Shown here: piece after piece, positions 19,613-30,684 of the stretch | Layout: every line of letters starts with the position of its first letter | How positions within the stretch are numbered: the first letter of the stretch is position 1 | Assembly (NCBI GenBank): GCA_019455325.1 | Contig: JACFMQ010000005.1 | Coordinates: 143,017 to 207,016, forward strand | Reading direction: 5' to 3' | DNA from: Rhodocyclaceae bacterium | GTDB lineage: Bacteria > Pseudomonadota > Gammaproteobacteria > Burkholderiales > Rhodocyclaceae | Length of the DNA: 64,000 nt | The notes under the pieces: model-generated | The model's database searches: none | Seen by the model: the letters and a program-made list of their open reading frames with translations, nothing else | What the model was told of the DNA's origin: nothing | Translations under genes and position numbers: made by a program

Positions 19613-20640
19613 GGGGCGGCGAGGAGGTAGGCGTGAGGCGTCGGGAGGGGCGGCGCTTCGCGCCGGCGTGTGCCGCGCTGCTGTGTGTCGCGCTGCTGCT
19701 GGCGGCCTGCGGCAGCGCGCCGAAGCCGGCCGGCGAGACGAGCGCCGGTGCGCCGTCGGCGGGCCGCCAGCCGGCGGCTGCGCCGAAGCGCGGCGGCGGC
19801 TACTACAAGGACGACGGCCCGGCCGACGAACTGCCCGACGGCCTCGACGAGCTGCCCGACGCCGTGCCGCGCGTCGAGCCGCTGCACCGCTTCGCCAACC
19901 GTCCCTACGTGGTCTTCGGCAAGGAATACGTGCCGAACGCCGGCCTCAAGCCGTACAAGGCGCGCGGCATCGGTAGCTGGTACGGCAAGAAGTTCCACGG
20001 CCAGAAGACCTCGATCGGCGAGCCCTACGACATGTTCGCGATGACCGCCGCGCACCCGACGCTGGCGATCCCGTCCTACGCGCGCGTCACCAACCTGGCC
20101 AACGGCCGTTCGGTCGTCGTCCGCGTCATCGACCGCGGCCCCTTCCACGCCGACCGCATCATCGACCTCTCCTACGCCGCCGCGCACCGGCTCGACTACA
20201 TTCGCGCCGGCAGCGCGCGGGTCGAGGTCGAGGCCATCCTGCCCGACGCCACCGGCGTCGCCTACGCACAGGTGGCGCCGACCGCCGCCCGTCCGGCCGC
20301 CGGCAGCGACGAGATCGCCGGCCTCGCCGAGAAGCTCGCCGCCGAGGAACGGCCGGTGCAGAGCGCGGCGGCGGTCGGCCTCGACGGCGCCGCCGGCGTC
20401 CTGCCGGCCGGCGGCGTGCTGCTCCAGCTCGGCGCCTTTGCCAACGCCGACAACGCCGAGAGCATGCGCCAGCGCCTCGTCCGCGAGCTCGACTGGGTCG
20501 AGGGCGAGCTGCGCATCAACAGCGCCGGCGGCATCCACCGCCTGCACCTCGGCCCCTTCGCCGGCCGCGCCGAGGCCGAGCGCGTCGCCGAGCGCATCCG
20601 CCAGGAGCACGGCTTCAAGCCGACCTTCGTGACGCGCTAG
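19609..20640 (+). CDS. rlpA: septal ring lytic transglycosylase RlpA (DPBB + SPOR domains), lipoprotein
   Basis: Lipobox LLLAAC. Double-psi barrel segment GIGSWYGKKFHGQKTSIGEPYDMFAMTAAHPTLAIPSYARVTN. C-terminal SPOR-like LQLGAFANADNAESMRQRL. The start (ATG 19609 or GTG 19633) is uncertain. Confidence 0.9.
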   Translation: MRGGEEVGVRRREGRRFAPACAALLCVALLLAACGSAPKPAGETSAGAPSAGRQPAAAPKRGGGYYKDDGPADELPDGLDELPDAVPRVEPLHRFANRPYVVFGKEYVPNAGLKPYKARGIGSWYGKKFHGQKTSIGEPYDMFAMTAAHPTLAIPSYARVTNLANGRSVVVRVIDRGPFHADRIIDLSYAAAHRLDYIRAGSARVEVEAILPDATGVAYAQVAPTAARPAAGSDEIAGLAEKLAAEERPVQSAAAVGLDGAAGVLPAGGVLLQLGAFANADNAESMRQRLVRELDWVEGELRINSAGGIHRLHLGPFAGRAEAERVAERIRQEHGFKPTFVTR

Positions 20641-20699
20641 GCGCCGGCCCCGGGTCTTTGTGACAGTCTGTAAGCGCCGGCGGTTGCGGCCGGCCGGGT

Positions 20700-20708
20700 T
20701 GCTATAAT
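20700..20708 (+). promoter_or_regulatory. extended -10 promoter element TGCTATAAT upstream of the carboxypeptidase gene
   Basis: Perfect TATAAT (20703-20708) preceded by TGn, 35 nt before ATG 20744. No good -35 element at 17-bp spacing. Confidence 0.35.
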
Positions 20709-20743
20709 CGCCGCTCCCCGCAGAACCTCCGCCAAGCGCCCCC

Positions 20744-21868
20744 ATGAAAGTCATCGCCTTCCTGCTCGCCTTCGTTCCGTCGCTGGTTTTCGCCCAGCAG
20801 ATGCCGGTGCCGCCGGCGCTGGCCGCCAAGTCCTGGCTGCTGATCGAGTCCGGCTCCGGCCAGACGCTGGCCAGCCAGGCGTCGGACGAGCGCCTCGAAC
20901 CGGCCTCGCTGACCAAGCTGATGACCGCCTACCTGACCTTCGCCGCGATCAGACAGGGCACGCTGAAGATCGACCAGCCCGTGCCGGTGTCGGAGAAGGC
21001 CTGGCGCACCGGCGGCTCGAAGATGTTCATCCGCGTCGGCACGCAGGTGACGGTCGAGGAGCTGATCAAGGGCATGATCGTGCAGTCCGGCAACGACGCC
21101 TGCGTCGCGCTCGCCGAGGCCATCGCCGGCAGCGAGGAGAACTTCGCGCAGATGATGAACCGCGAGGCGCAGCGCCTCGGCATGAGCGCCTCCAGCTTCC
21201 GCAACGCCACCGGCCTGCCCGACGCCGAGCACTACACCACGGCGCGCGACCTGGCGACGCTCGCCGGCGCGCTGATCCGCGACTTCCCCGAGGACTACGC
21301 CAAGTACTACTCGATCAAGGAGTTCCGCTACAACAACATCACGCAGCCGAACCGCAACCGCCTGCTCTGGCTTGACCCCACCGTCGACGGCATGAAGACC
21401 GGCTACACCGAGGCCGCCGGCTACTGCCTGATCTCGTCCGCCAAGCGCGGCCCGCGCCGCCTGCTGTCGATCGTTCTCGGCACCGCCTCCGACGCCGTGC
21501 GCGCGCAGGAGTCGCTCAAGCTGCTCAACTTCGGCTACCAGTTCTACGACGCCGTTCAGCTCTACGCCAAGGATCAGCCGGTATCCAGCCTGAAGGTGTG
21601 GAAGGGCGGCTCGGCGACGGTCAAGGCCGGCTTCACCGGTGACTTCATCCTCGCCGTGCCCAAGGGCTACGCGCAGAAGGTGCAGGCCGACCTCGTCTCG
21701 CAGCAGCCGCTGATCGCGCCGGTCTCGGCCGGCCAGACCGTCGGCACGATGAAGGTCAGCGTCGACGGCAAGCATTTCGGCGACTATCCGGTCGTCGCGC
21801 TGGAGAGCGTGCCGCAGGCCGGCGCCCTCGGCCGCGCCATCGACTCGGTGCGCCTCTGGTTCAACTGA
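20744..21868 (+). CDS. D-alanyl-D-alanine carboxypeptidase (PBP5/6 family)
   Basis: 374 aa. Signal peptide, then the SxxK motif in EPASLTKLMTAY. Confidence 0.9.
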   Translation: MKVIAFLLAFVPSLVFAQQMPVPPALAAKSWLLIESGSGQTLASQASDERLEPASLTKLMTAYLTFAAIRQGTLKIDQPVPVSEKAWRTGGSKMFIRVGTQVTVEELIKGMIVQSGNDACVALAEAIAGSEENFAQMMNREAQRLGMSASSFRNATGLPDAEHYTTARDLATLAGALIRDFPEDYAKYYSIKEFRYNNITQPNRNRLLWLDPTVDGMKTGYTEAAGYCLISSAKRGPRRLLSIVLGTASDAVRAQESLKLLNFGYQFYDAVQLYAKDQPVSSLKVWKGGSATVKAGFTGDFILAVPKGYAQKVQADLVSQQPLIAPVSAGQTVGTMKVSVDGKHFGDYPVVALESVPQAGALGRAIDSVRLWFN

Positions 21869-21881
21869 CGGCGGGCCGCCG

Positions 21882-22745
21882 ATGACCGACACCCTCTGCT
21901 ACCTCGACGGCGACTACCTGCCGCTCGCCGCGGCGCGCATCTCGCCGCTCGACCGCGGTTTCCTGTTCGGCGACGGCGCCTACGAGGTGATCCCGGTCTA
22001 CTCGCGGCGGCCGTTCCGCATCGGCGAACACCTCGCGCGCCTGCAGTACACGCTCGACGGCATCCGCCTGCCGAACCCGCACACGGCCGCCGAGTGGCGC
22101 GAGCGCGTCGAGCGCATCGTCGCCGCCGCGCCCTTCGCCGACCAGTCGGTGTACCTGCAGGTGACGCGCGGCGCCGACGACAAGCGCGACCATGCCTTCC
22201 CGCCGGGCGTGCCGCCGACCGTCTTCATCTTCACCGCGCCGCTGACGACGACGCCGGACAGCGTGCGCGCCGCCGGCGTCGCCGCCGTCACCGCGCTCGA
22301 CAACCGCTGGCTGCGCTGCGACCTCAAGGTCGTCGCCCTGCTCGCCAACGTGCTCGCCCGCCAGCACGCGGTGGACCAGGGCTGCGCCGAGACCATCCTG
22401 CTGCGCGACGGCTTCATGATCGAGGGCGCCGCGTCGAACATCTTCGTCGTCAAGGACGGCGTGCTGCTGGCGCCGCCCAAGGACCACCGCATGCTGCCCG
22501 GCATCACCTACGACGTGGTCCTCGAACTCGCCGCCGGGCACGGCGTCCCGCACCAGGTGCGCGAGATTCCCGAAGCCGAGCTGCGCGCCGCTGACGAGGT
22601 GTGGATGACCTCGTCGACCAAGGAAGTGCTGGCGATCACCACGCTCGACGGCCGGCCGGTCGGCGGCGGCGTGCCCGGCCCGCTGGCGCAGCGCATGCAC
22701 GGCTGGTACCAGCGCTTCAAGGACGAGGTGATGCGCCGTGGCTGA
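21882..22745 (+). CDS. class IV aminotransferase, D-amino-acid transaminase-like
   Basis: 287 aa. RGFLFGDGAYEVIPVY... is the fold-type IV PLP pattern. Position between dac and ybeD. Confidence 0.8.
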   Translation: MTDTLCYLDGDYLPLAAARISPLDRGFLFGDGAYEVIPVYSRRPFRIGEHLARLQYTLDGIRLPNPHTAAEWRERVERIVAAAPFADQSVYLQVTRGADDKRDHAFPPGVPPTVFIFTAPLTTTPDSVRAAGVAAVTALDNRWLRCDLKVVALLANVLARQHAVDQGCAETILLRDGFMIEGAASNIFVVKDGVLLAPPKDHRMLPGITYDVVLELAAGHGVPHQVREIPEAELRAADEVWMTSSTKEVLAITTLDGRPVGGGVPGPLAQRMHGWYQRFKDEVMRRG

Positions 22746-23010
22746 CGAAAGCGCGCAGACGCTGCTCGAATTCCCCTGCGACTTCCCGATCAAGATCATG
22801 GGGCTGGCCAGCAACGACCTGGCGCAGGCCGTGCTCGCAGTCGTGCTGAAGCACGACCCGGGCTTCGACGGCGCGACCATGGAGATGCGGGCGAGCAGCG
22901 GCGGCAAGTACGTCAGCCTGACCTGCACCGTGACCGCGACCTCGAAGCCGCAGCTCGACGCGCTGTACATGGAACTCACTGCCCACCCTTTGGTGAAGAT
23001 AGTGCTTTGA
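22738..23010 (+). CDS. ybeD: YbeD (DUF493) protein
   Basis: 90 aa, GTG start overlapping the upstream stop. LLEFPCDFPIKIMG is the DUF493 signature. Conserved ybeD-lipB-lipA order. Confidence 0.85.
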   Translation: MADESAQTLLEFPCDFPIKIMGLASNDLAQAVLAVVLKHDPGFDGATMEMRASSGGKYVSLTCTVTATSKPQLDALYMELTAHPLVKIVL

Positions 23011-23015
23011 TGGCT

Positions 23016-23043
23016 GTGAGGAGTGAGGAGTGAGGAGTGAGGA
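23016..23043 (+). repeat. tandem heptanucleotide array (GTGAGGA)x4
   Basis: Perfect copies at 23016-22, 23023-29, 23030-36 and 23037-43, followed by GTGGG. The complementary segment ACTCCTCACTCCT lies at 23077-23089. Confidence 0.95.
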
Positions 23044-23710
23044 GTGGGTCGGAACGGTGAGCGAAGGGGCGGGTTTACTCCTCACTCCTGACGCCTTACC
23101 CCTTACTGTCCGCCAGCTAGGTCTGGCGGACTACGAACCGACGTGGCGGGCGATGATCGATTTCACCGCCGCGCGCACGGCGGATACGCCGGACGAACTG
23201 TGGGTCGTCGAGCATCCGCCGGTGTTCACGCTCGGCCAGGCCGGCAAGCCGGAGCACCTGCTGCGCGACGACGGCATCCCGCTGGTGAAGATCGACCGCG
23301 GCGGCCAGATCACCTATCACGGCCCCGGCCAGGCGGTGGTCTATCTGCTGATCGACCTCTCCCGGCGCAAAATCAAGGTGCGCGAACTGGTGAACTGCAT
23401 CGAGCAGGCGGTGATCGACTGCCTCGGCGAGCACGGCGTAGTCGCCGCGCGCCGCGACGGCGCGCCCGGCGTGTACGTCGGCGCAGCGAAGGTCGCGGCA
23501 TTGGGCCTGAGAATCAGGAACGGCTGCTGCTACCATGGCGTCAGCCTGAACGTGGACATGGACCTGTCGCCGTTCGCGGCGATCAACCCCTGCGGCTACG
23601 CCGGCATGCCGGTGACGCAGACGAAGGACCTCGGCATCCTGCTGACGCCGCCACAAGCGGCCGAGGCGCTGACGAGGCATCTCATCGCACAACTGGAGCG
23701 GAAGGAATGA
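23030..23710 (+). CDS. lipB: octanoyltransferase LipB (start uncertain: GTG 23030 or GTG 23057)
   Basis: [22 protein letters not shown]...[21 protein letters not shown] aligns with the LipB N-terminus. The only in-frame start codons upstream are the two GTGs, and the first lies inside the heptamer array. Confidence 0.85.
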   Translation: MRSEEWVGTVSEGAGLLLTPDALPLTVRQLGLADYEPTWRAMIDFTAARTADTPDELWVVEHPPVFTLGQAGKPEHLLRDDGIPLVKIDRGGQITYHGPGQAVVYLLIDLSRRKIKVRELVNCIEQAVIDCLGEHGVVAARRDGAPGVYVGAAKVAALGLRIRNGCCYHGVSLNVDMDLSPFAAINPCGYAGMPVTQTKDLGILLTPPQAAEALTRHLIAQLERKE

Positions 23711-24648
23711 GCGAACGCGGCGTGAAGCAGAAGGGCGAACTGAAGACGGCCCGCATCCCGATCAAGATCGTGCCGCACGTGCCGCAGAAGAAGCCGGAGT
23801 GGATCCGCGTCAAGGCCGGCAACAACGCCGGCCGCTTCGGCGAGATCAAGACCATGCTGCGCGAGCAGAAGCTGCACACCGTGTGCGAGGAAGCGGCCTG
23901 CCCGAACATCGGCGAATGCTTCGGCCGCGGCACCGCCACCTTCATGATCCTCGGCGACATCTGCACGCGCCGCTGCCCGTTCTGCGACGTCGGCCACGGC
24001 AAGCCGCTGCCGCCGGATCCGAACGAACCCGTGCACCTCGCCGAATCGGTCGCCAACCTGCGGCTGCGCTACGTCGTCATCACCAGCGTCGACCGCGACG
24101 ACCTCCGGGACGGCGGCGCCCAGCACTTCGTCGACGTCATCGCCGCCGTGCGCGCGCAGTCGCCGACCACGACCATCGAGACGCTGGTGCCCGACTTCCG
24201 CGGTCGCCACGAGGTCGCCATCGACGTGCTCGGCCAGTCGCTGCCGGACGTCCTCAACCACAACATGGAAACCGTGCCGCGCCTCTACAAGCAGGCGCGG
24301 CCGGGCGCCGACTACCGGCACTCGCTGGAATTCATGCGCGCCTTCAAGGCGAAGTATCCGCAGGTGCCGACCAAGTCCGGCCTGATGGTCGGCCTCGGCG
24401 AGACCGACGAGGAAATCCTCGAAGTCATGCGCGACCTGCGCGCGCACGGCGTCGAGATGCTGACCATCGGCCAGTACCTCGCCCCCTCCGGCCACCACCT
24501 GCCGGTGTCGCGCTACGTGCATCCGGACGTGTTCAGGATGTACGAGGAAGAAGCGAAGAAGATGGGCTTCACCGGCGCCGCCTGCGGGCCGATGGTGCGT
24601 TCGAGCTACTGGGCCGACCGGCAGGCGCACGAGGCCGGGGTGGGCTGA
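23707..24648 (+). CDS. lipA: lipoyl synthase
   Basis: ATG 23707 overlaps the lipB stop. Radical-SAM CTRRCPFC and auxiliary cluster [12 protein letters not shown]. Confidence 0.97.
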   Translation: MSERGVKQKGELKTARIPIKIVPHVPQKKPEWIRVKAGNNAGRFGEIKTMLREQKLHTVCEEAACPNIGECFGRGTATFMILGDICTRRCPFCDVGHGKPLPPDPNEPVHLAESVANLRLRYVVITSVDRDDLRDGGAQHFVDVIAAVRAQSPTTTIETLVPDFRGRHEVAIDVLGQSLPDVLNHNMETVPRLYKQARPGADYRHSLEFMRAFKAKYPQVPTKSGLMVGLGETDEEILEVMRDLRAHGVEMLTIGQYLAPSGHHLPVSRYVHPDVFRMYEEEAKKMGFTGAACGPMVRSSYWADRQAHEAGVG

Positions 24649-24654
24649 CAACTG

Positions 24655-24678
24655 ACGCCGGATGACCGCATCCGGCGT
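24655..24678 (+). terminator. hairpin after lipA
   Basis: ACGCCGGAT-gaccgc-ATCCGGCGT, a 9-bp stem 6 nt after the lipA stop. Weak U tail. Confidence 0.45.
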
Positions 24679-24700
24679 TCCGGCCGGCCCGGTTGAATGC

Positions 24701-24723
24701 AAAACCCGGCGCTCGGGCCGGGT
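24701..24723 (-). terminator. intrinsic terminator of the porin gene
   Basis: The reverse strand reads ACCCGGC-loop-GCCGGGT followed by TTTT. Lies 24 nt downstream of the porin stop. Confidence 0.55.
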
Positions 24724-24746
24724 CGATGCTCCAAAGGGTGGGGCGC

Positions 24747-25814
24747 TCAGAATTTATGCGACACGCCAAAGGCGAGCAGATCGCCATTGGCGCCGTTACC
24801 GACGACGTAGTCCGACGCAAAGGCCGTCGTCGCATTGCGCTCGTTGCTGAGATGCGTCCAGCCCGCATACAACTGGGTGCGCTTCGACAGGTCGTAGTTG
24901 TACGCCACCGACCAGGCCTGTGCGTCGGCATTGCTCAGGCCACCGCTCCGGATCCGGTTCTGTCCGTAGGCCAGCTTGACCGTGTTCCGTTCCAGGAAAG
25001 GCACGGCAACGCCGAGCGCCCACTTGCTGTCGCTCGACTGGCCGTCGACCTTCCAGTTCTGGTACATGGCGAAAGTCTTCAGGACGCCGAAATCGTAGAT
25101 CGCCCCCAATCCGTATTCGCGGACATCGTCGTCCGCCGCGGTATCGCGCATCTCCATCTTTGAATACACGGCGCCGAGCCTGAGGCCGGCATTGACGTAG
25201 CTCACCGACAGCAGGTTGGCCGACGCGTCGTTTTTATTCGTCGTGCCGGCCGTTTCAGTCAGCCGCGCGTGGTTCACCGCGAATGAAAAACCGGCGAAGC
25301 TCGGCGAGTTCCAGGCCACCGCATTGTCGCGCCGCCCCCCGTTGCCGCAAACCACGATCGTCGCGGCTTTCATCCGGTCGGTGACGTTGAAGGCGCCGCC
25401 GGCCACCGGGTTGTAGGTGCAGGCGAAATCGAAACCGGCCGTCTGCAGGCGACCGGCGACGACGGTTCCGTAGGCGCCGCTGCTCAGCCCGACGTACTGC
25501 TGGCGGGCCTGCGTGCCGGTGAAGCGGGTCCGCGACGCGGCGTCGCCGATGCCGGAATTCTGGTCCGGCGCGATGTTGTATTCGAGCACGAACACCGCCT
25601 TGAGTCCGTTGCCGAGATCTTCGGTGCCCCTGAAGCCGATTCGCGACGGCTGGTTCATGCCATTGTCGATGGTGTTCATGACCTTCTTGTCAGCGGCCCT
25701 GAAATGCACGTAGCCGACGTCGATCACGCCATAAACCTGGGCGCTGCTCTGTGCGACGGCACCGGCCGAGAGCAGTGCGGCGACTCCGCCCAGCACGACG
25801 ATCTTGTTATTCAT
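24747..25814 (-). CDS. general trimeric porin (Omp32/OmpC-type)
   Basis: Start MNNKIVVLGGVAALLSAGAVAQS at 25814. YGVIDVGY..., alternating beta-strand pattern, C-terminal ...AFGVSHKF. Visibly more A/T-rich than its neighbours. Confidence 0.85.
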   Translation of the reverse strand: MNNKIVVLGGVAALLSAGAVAQSSAQVYGVIDVGYVHFRAADKKVMNTIDNGMNQPSRIGFRGTEDLGNGLKAVFVLEYNIAPDQNSGIGDAASRTRFTGTQARQQYVGLSSGAYGTVVAGRLQTAGFDFACTYNPVAGGAFNVTDRMKAATIVVCGNGGRRDNAVAWNSPSFAGFSFAVNHARLTETAGTTNKNDASANLLSVSYVNAGLRLGAVYSKMEMRDTAADDDVREYGLGAIYDFGVLKTFAMYQNWKVDGQSSDSKWALGVAVPFLERNTVKLAYGQNRIRSGGLSNADAQAWSVAYNYDLSKRTQLYAGWTHLSNERNATTAFASDYVVGNGANGDLLAFGVSHKF

Positions 25815-25949
25815 CTCCTCATCCTTTCCTGTTGTGAAAATCAAAATTGGCGAACCCTTCGTCCACCGCCTCCGGAGGGGCGGCGGCAAAAGGTCCATCC
25901 ACGAAGCGCGGCGCCGCGCCGTATCGGAAAAGGCGCGCCGCCGCGACCA

Positions 25950-25970
25950 TTTGCCGGCCAGGCCGGCAAA
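25950..25970 (-). terminator. hairpin after the MFS gene
   Basis: TTTGCCGGCC-a-GGCCGGCAAA, a perfect 10-bp stem 16 nt downstream of the MFS stop. Confidence 0.45.
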
Positions 25971-25985
25971 TCCCTGCCGTTGCCA

Positions 25986-27224
25986 TCAGGCCGTGCGAAT
26001 GCGGAATCTTTCCAACCCCCGGCTGCACGCGAGCGTGAGCAGGCCGATGGCCGCCGATGCGATCCCGATGGGGTACGGCGTCCCGTCGTAGGTCGCTCCG
26101 ACCAGCGTGCCGACGACGAACGAGAACAGGATCACGACGGCTCCCATCAGCGCCGCCGCGGCGCCGGCGTTCGCCGGGAAGGGCGCAACGGCAGTGGCCT
26201 GGGCGCACGGAAAACCGATGCCGTGGGCAAGCATCACGAGGCATTGCGCGAACAGAAGCGCCGCCCAATGCGCAAGGCCCCCGACGACCAGCGCCGGGAA
26301 TAGCAGGCAGGCGGCAAAGCTGGCGTTGGCGCCGAGGCGCAAGGTTCTGTCGATGCCGTGCCGATGCAGGTGGCGGCGGCAGATGACGGTCCCGCACCAA
26401 TAGCCGCCGGCGCTCAGCGCAAAGCAGGCGCCCACGTAAGCGGTGGGAACGAAGAAAACGTTGATGAGCAGGAAGGCGCTGCCGGACAGGTAAACGAAGA
26501 TCGAGCCGAAGGACAGCGCGCCGGGCAGGGTGCATGCCCAGAAATGCGCGCTCCCGGCGATCTTTGCGTAGTTCCCGACGAACCTGCCCGGATTCAGGGC
26601 GTGGAGATTCCGGCTTCGATTGGTCTCCGGCAGCCGGAAGAACGCAAGGGCGCCGAGCGCGATGCCGAGCAGCGACAGAACGACGAAGGCCGCGCGCCAG
26701 CCGAAGGCGACCTGCAGGTAGCCGCCGAGCAGCGGCCCGCAGATCGGCCCCAGCGCGTAGATGCTGCTCACCCGCGCCATGATGAGCGCGCCGCCGATGC
26801 CGGGCTGGGTGTCGTTGATCACGGCGCGAGCGACCACGACGATGGTGCAACAGCCGACCGCCTGCATGAACCGCCCGGTGATCAGCGCGTCGATGGTCGG
26901 CGCCAGGGCGCAGGCGACGCTCGCCAGGATGAAGACGAGGAAGCCGGCCAGCAGCGCCGGGCGGCGTCCCCAGCGATCGGACAGCGGCCCGCTCAGCAGT
27001 TGGACGCTGGCGAATCCGAGCATGAAGAGGGAGAGCGTTTTCTGGGCGCCTGCCGGCGACGAGCCAAAGGCCGTTGCGATGTGCGGTAGCGACGGCAGGT
27101 AGAGATCCGTCGACAGGGGCTGGATCATCATGCATCCGGCGAGTAGCCAGACCAGTCCCGAAAAGTGCTGTGCGTCGCCCGTCGCCGGGAGCGAATGCGT
27201 ATCTGCCGCGCAGGGTTGGGTCAT
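25986..27224 (-). CDS. MFS transporter, Bcr/CflA drug-efflux subfamily
   Basis: Start MTQPCAAD at 27224, within ORF 25986..27302. Motif A GPLSDRWGRRP. 12 predicted TM segments. Confidence 0.85.
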   Translation of the reverse strand: MTQPCAADTHSLPATGDAQHFSGLVWLLAGCMMIQPLSTDLYLPSLPHIATAFGSSPAGAQKTLSLFMLGFASVQLLSGPLSDRWGRRPALLAGFLVFILASVACALAPTIDALITGRFMQAVGCCTIVVVARAVINDTQPGIGGALIMARVSSIYALGPICGPLLGGYLQVAFGWRAAFVVLSLLGIALGALAFFRLPETNRSRNLHALNPGRFVGNYAKIAGSAHFWACTLPGALSFGSIFVYLSGSAFLLINVFFVPTAYVGACFALSAGGYWCGTVICRRHLHRHGIDRTLRLGANASFAACLLFPALVVGGLAHWAALLFAQCLVMLAHGIGFPCAQATAVAPFPANAGAAAALMGAVVILFSFVVGTLVGATYDGTPYPIGIASAAIGLLTLACSRGLERFRIRTA

Positions 27225-27271
27225 GCTCGCGTTCCCCGGTAAACGGTGGGTTCGATCAGGCGGATGGCGTG

Positions 27272-27300
27272 CAAAAGGAGAGGCAGGAAACTGCCTCTTC
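27272..27300 (-). terminator. intrinsic terminator after the symporter gene (end of the catabolic operon)
   Basis: GAGAGGCAG-gaaa-CTGCCTCTC stem, followed on the minus strand by CTTTTG. Lies 55 nt downstream of the actP-like stop. Confidence 0.6.
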
Positions 27301-27354
27301 AAGAAACCCCGCCGGCGATCGGAGCAGGAGCGCCGACGGGGAGTGCGGCATCCG

Positions 27355-29031
27355 TCAGTGCTGGGCGGCGCTCGCGATTCCCAGCCCGGTCTGTGCGCGC
27401 ACGAATTGCGGGCCGTAGCCGTCGCGCTCGCTCTGAACCGTGCTGCTGCGATCGAGGATGGAAACCACGTAGCAGACGAGGAAGGCCAGCGGCATCGAGA
27501 AGAGCGCCGGATGGTCGTAGGGGAAGATCGCCTGCGGGTTGCCCAGTACGGTTTTCCACACGGCCGGCGACAGCACGACCAGCACGACGGCGACGATCAG
27601 CCCCGAGAATCCGCCCCACAGCGCGCCGCGCGTCGTCAGCCCCTTCCACGACATGGCGAGGACGAGAACCGGGAAGTTGGCCGAGGCGGCGACGCCGAAG
27701 GCGAGGGCCGTCATGAAGGCGATGTTCATCTTCTCGCAGGCGATGCCGAGAAGCACGGCGAGCAGTCCGATGCCGATCGTGGCGATCTTCGAAACGCGCA
27801 TTTCGTCGTCTCCGCTGACCTGCCCCTTGCGGATCACCTTGGCGTAGATATCGTGCGACACCGCCGAGGCGCCGGCGAGCGCCAGCCCCGAGACAACGGC
27901 GAGGATGGTGGCGAAGGCGACGGCCGACATGAAGCCCAGGAGAAGGTTGCCGCCGACGGCGTTGGCCAGGTGCATGGCGACCATGTTGCCGCCGCCGATC
28001 AGCGCGCCGTCCAGCTTGCCGCCGACGAAGAACTGCGGGTTGGTGCCGATGATCGCGATGGCGGCGATGCCCATGGCGACGACGATCAGGAAGAAGTAGC
28101 CGATGAAGCCGGTGGCGTAGAACACCGACCGGCGCGCTTCCTTGGCGTCGGGGACGGTGAAGAAGCGCATCAGGATGTGCGGCAGCCCGGCCGTACCGAA
28201 CATCATTCCGAACGACAGCGAGATCGTCGAGATCGGGTCCTTGAGCAACATGCCGGGGGCAAGGATGGCGGCGCCGTCCTTGTGGGCGGCGCCGACGGCC
28301 TTGAACATGCCTTCGAAACTGAAGTCGAACTGCGCCATGGTGAGCACGAACATGACCGTGCCGCCGATGAGCAGCAGGCTGGCCTTGATGATCTGCACCC
28401 AGGTCGTCGCGGTCATGCCGCCGAAGGTCACGTAAACCACCATCAGCGCGCCGACCGAGAGCACCGCATAGACGTAGTCGAGGCCGAAGAGCAGCTGGAT
28501 CAGCTGCCCGGCGCCGACCATCTGCACGATCATGTAGAACAGGACGACGGTGATCGAGCCGGCGGCGGTCATGATGCGCATCCGCGTTTCGTCGAGGCGG
28601 AAGGAGACGATGTCGGCGACGGTGAAGCGGCCGAGATTGCGGAGCCGCTCGGCGAGCAGGAAGAGAATCACCGGCCAGCCGATGAAGAAGCCGACGGCGA
28701 ACGGCATGGCGTCGTAGCCCTTGAAGTAGGCGAGGCTGGCGATGCCGAGCAGGGTGCCCGCCGACATGTAGTCGCCGGCGATCGCCAGGCCGTTCTGAAA
28801 GCCGGAGATGCCGCCGCCGGCGGTGTAGAAATCGGCGGCGCTTTTCGTGCGCTTCGCGGCCCACCAGGTGATCCCCAGGGTGACGACGACGAAGAACAGG
28901 AACATGCCGACGGCCGTCATGTTGATCGACTGCTTCTCGACCGCGCCGATGGCGGCCGGCGCGGCAAGCGCGGCATTGCTCGCGGCAAGCAGCGCGGCGA
29001 AGGGGATTTTCTTGAGCGCGTTCGCTTTCAT
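27355..29031 (-). CDS. actP: sodium:solute symporter, ActP-like monocarboxylate permease
   Basis: Start MKANALKKIPFAALL at 29031. AADFYTAGGGISGFQNGLAIAGDYMSAGTLLG is the ActP/SSS pattern. Paired with an upstream DUF485 gene, as in yjcH-actP. Confidence 0.85.
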   Translation of the reverse strand: MKANALKKIPFAALLAASNAALAAPAAIGAVEKQSINMTAVGMFLFFVVVTLGITWWAAKRTKSAADFYTAGGGISGFQNGLAIAGDYMSAGTLLGIASLAYFKGYDAMPFAVGFFIGWPVILFLLAERLRNLGRFTVADIVSFRLDETRMRIMTAAGSITVVLFYMIVQMVGAGQLIQLLFGLDYVYAVLSVGALMVVYVTFGGMTATTWVQIIKASLLLIGGTVMFVLTMAQFDFSFEGMFKAVGAAHKDGAAILAPGMLLKDPISTISLSFGMMFGTAGLPHILMRFFTVPDAKEARRSVFYATGFIGYFFLIVVAMGIAAIAIIGTNPQFFVGGKLDGALIGGGNMVAMHLANAVGGNLLLGFMSAVAFATILAVVSGLALAGASAVSHDIYAKVIRKGQVSGDDEMRVSKIATIGIGLLAVLLGIACEKMNIAFMTALAFGVAASANFPVLVLAMSWKGLTTRGALWGGFSGLIVAVVLVVLSPAVWKTVLGNPQAIFPYDHPALFSMPLAFLVCYVVSILDRSSTVQSERDGYGPQFVRAQTGLGIASAAQH

Positions 29032-29342
29032 TTCCTCGACTCCCGCAGGATTTCCTCGGTCAGCGGGTCGAACTCTTCGTTCGCCCGCCGGATGTAGATG
29101 CCCGTGCTGATCCACGCCATGGCGATCAGCACCGCGCCGAGCAGATAGCCGATCGTGGTGGCAGCGCCCGCGTAGAGCGGGATCGCCAGCCAGTTCGGGC
29201 GGGCGATGCCGATCATCAGGTAGCTGAAGAAACTGCCCAGGACCGCGAGGGTCAGAATCCAGGCGAAGCGCCTTCGCCGATTGACCAGATCGGCGAATTT
29301 CGGGTTCGAATAAACCCGGTCGAGTTGTCGTTGATCGTCCAT
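29028..29342 (-). CDS. DUF485 (YjcH-like) small membrane protein
   Basis: Start MDDQRQLDRVYSNPKFADLVNRRRRFAW at 29342. Two TM helices. Stop overlaps the symporter start. Confidence 0.8.
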   Translation of the reverse strand: MDDQRQLDRVYSNPKFADLVNRRRRFAWILTLAVLGSFFSYLMIGIARPNWLAIPLYAGAATTIGYLLGAVLIAMAWISTGIYIRRANEEFDPLTEEILRESRK

Positions 29343-29457
29343 CTTTGTCTCCTCTCTTGTTCCCTTCATCCGGTTCCTGCGAACCGCCTCTCCTTTGCCG
29401 CGAGCCGTCTGCCGGGGCACGCGGCTTCACGATCTCCTTTCACATTCCGTGGCTGGC

Positions 29458-30666
<1,209 letters not shown>

Positions 30667-30684
30667 TTCTTTTGTCTCCGGTTG

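Noticed and set aside
18331-20640. 769-aa ORF suggesting a giant RlpA
   Set aside because: The upstream 425 codons are an out-of-frame read-through of rodA with Arg/Pro-rich junk. The signal peptide and lipobox place the RlpA start at about 19609-19633.
23016-23043. Possible CRISPR-like or minisatellite array
   Set aside because: Only four 7-bp units with no spacers, so it is not a CRISPR array. Kept as a simple tandem repeat (see finding).
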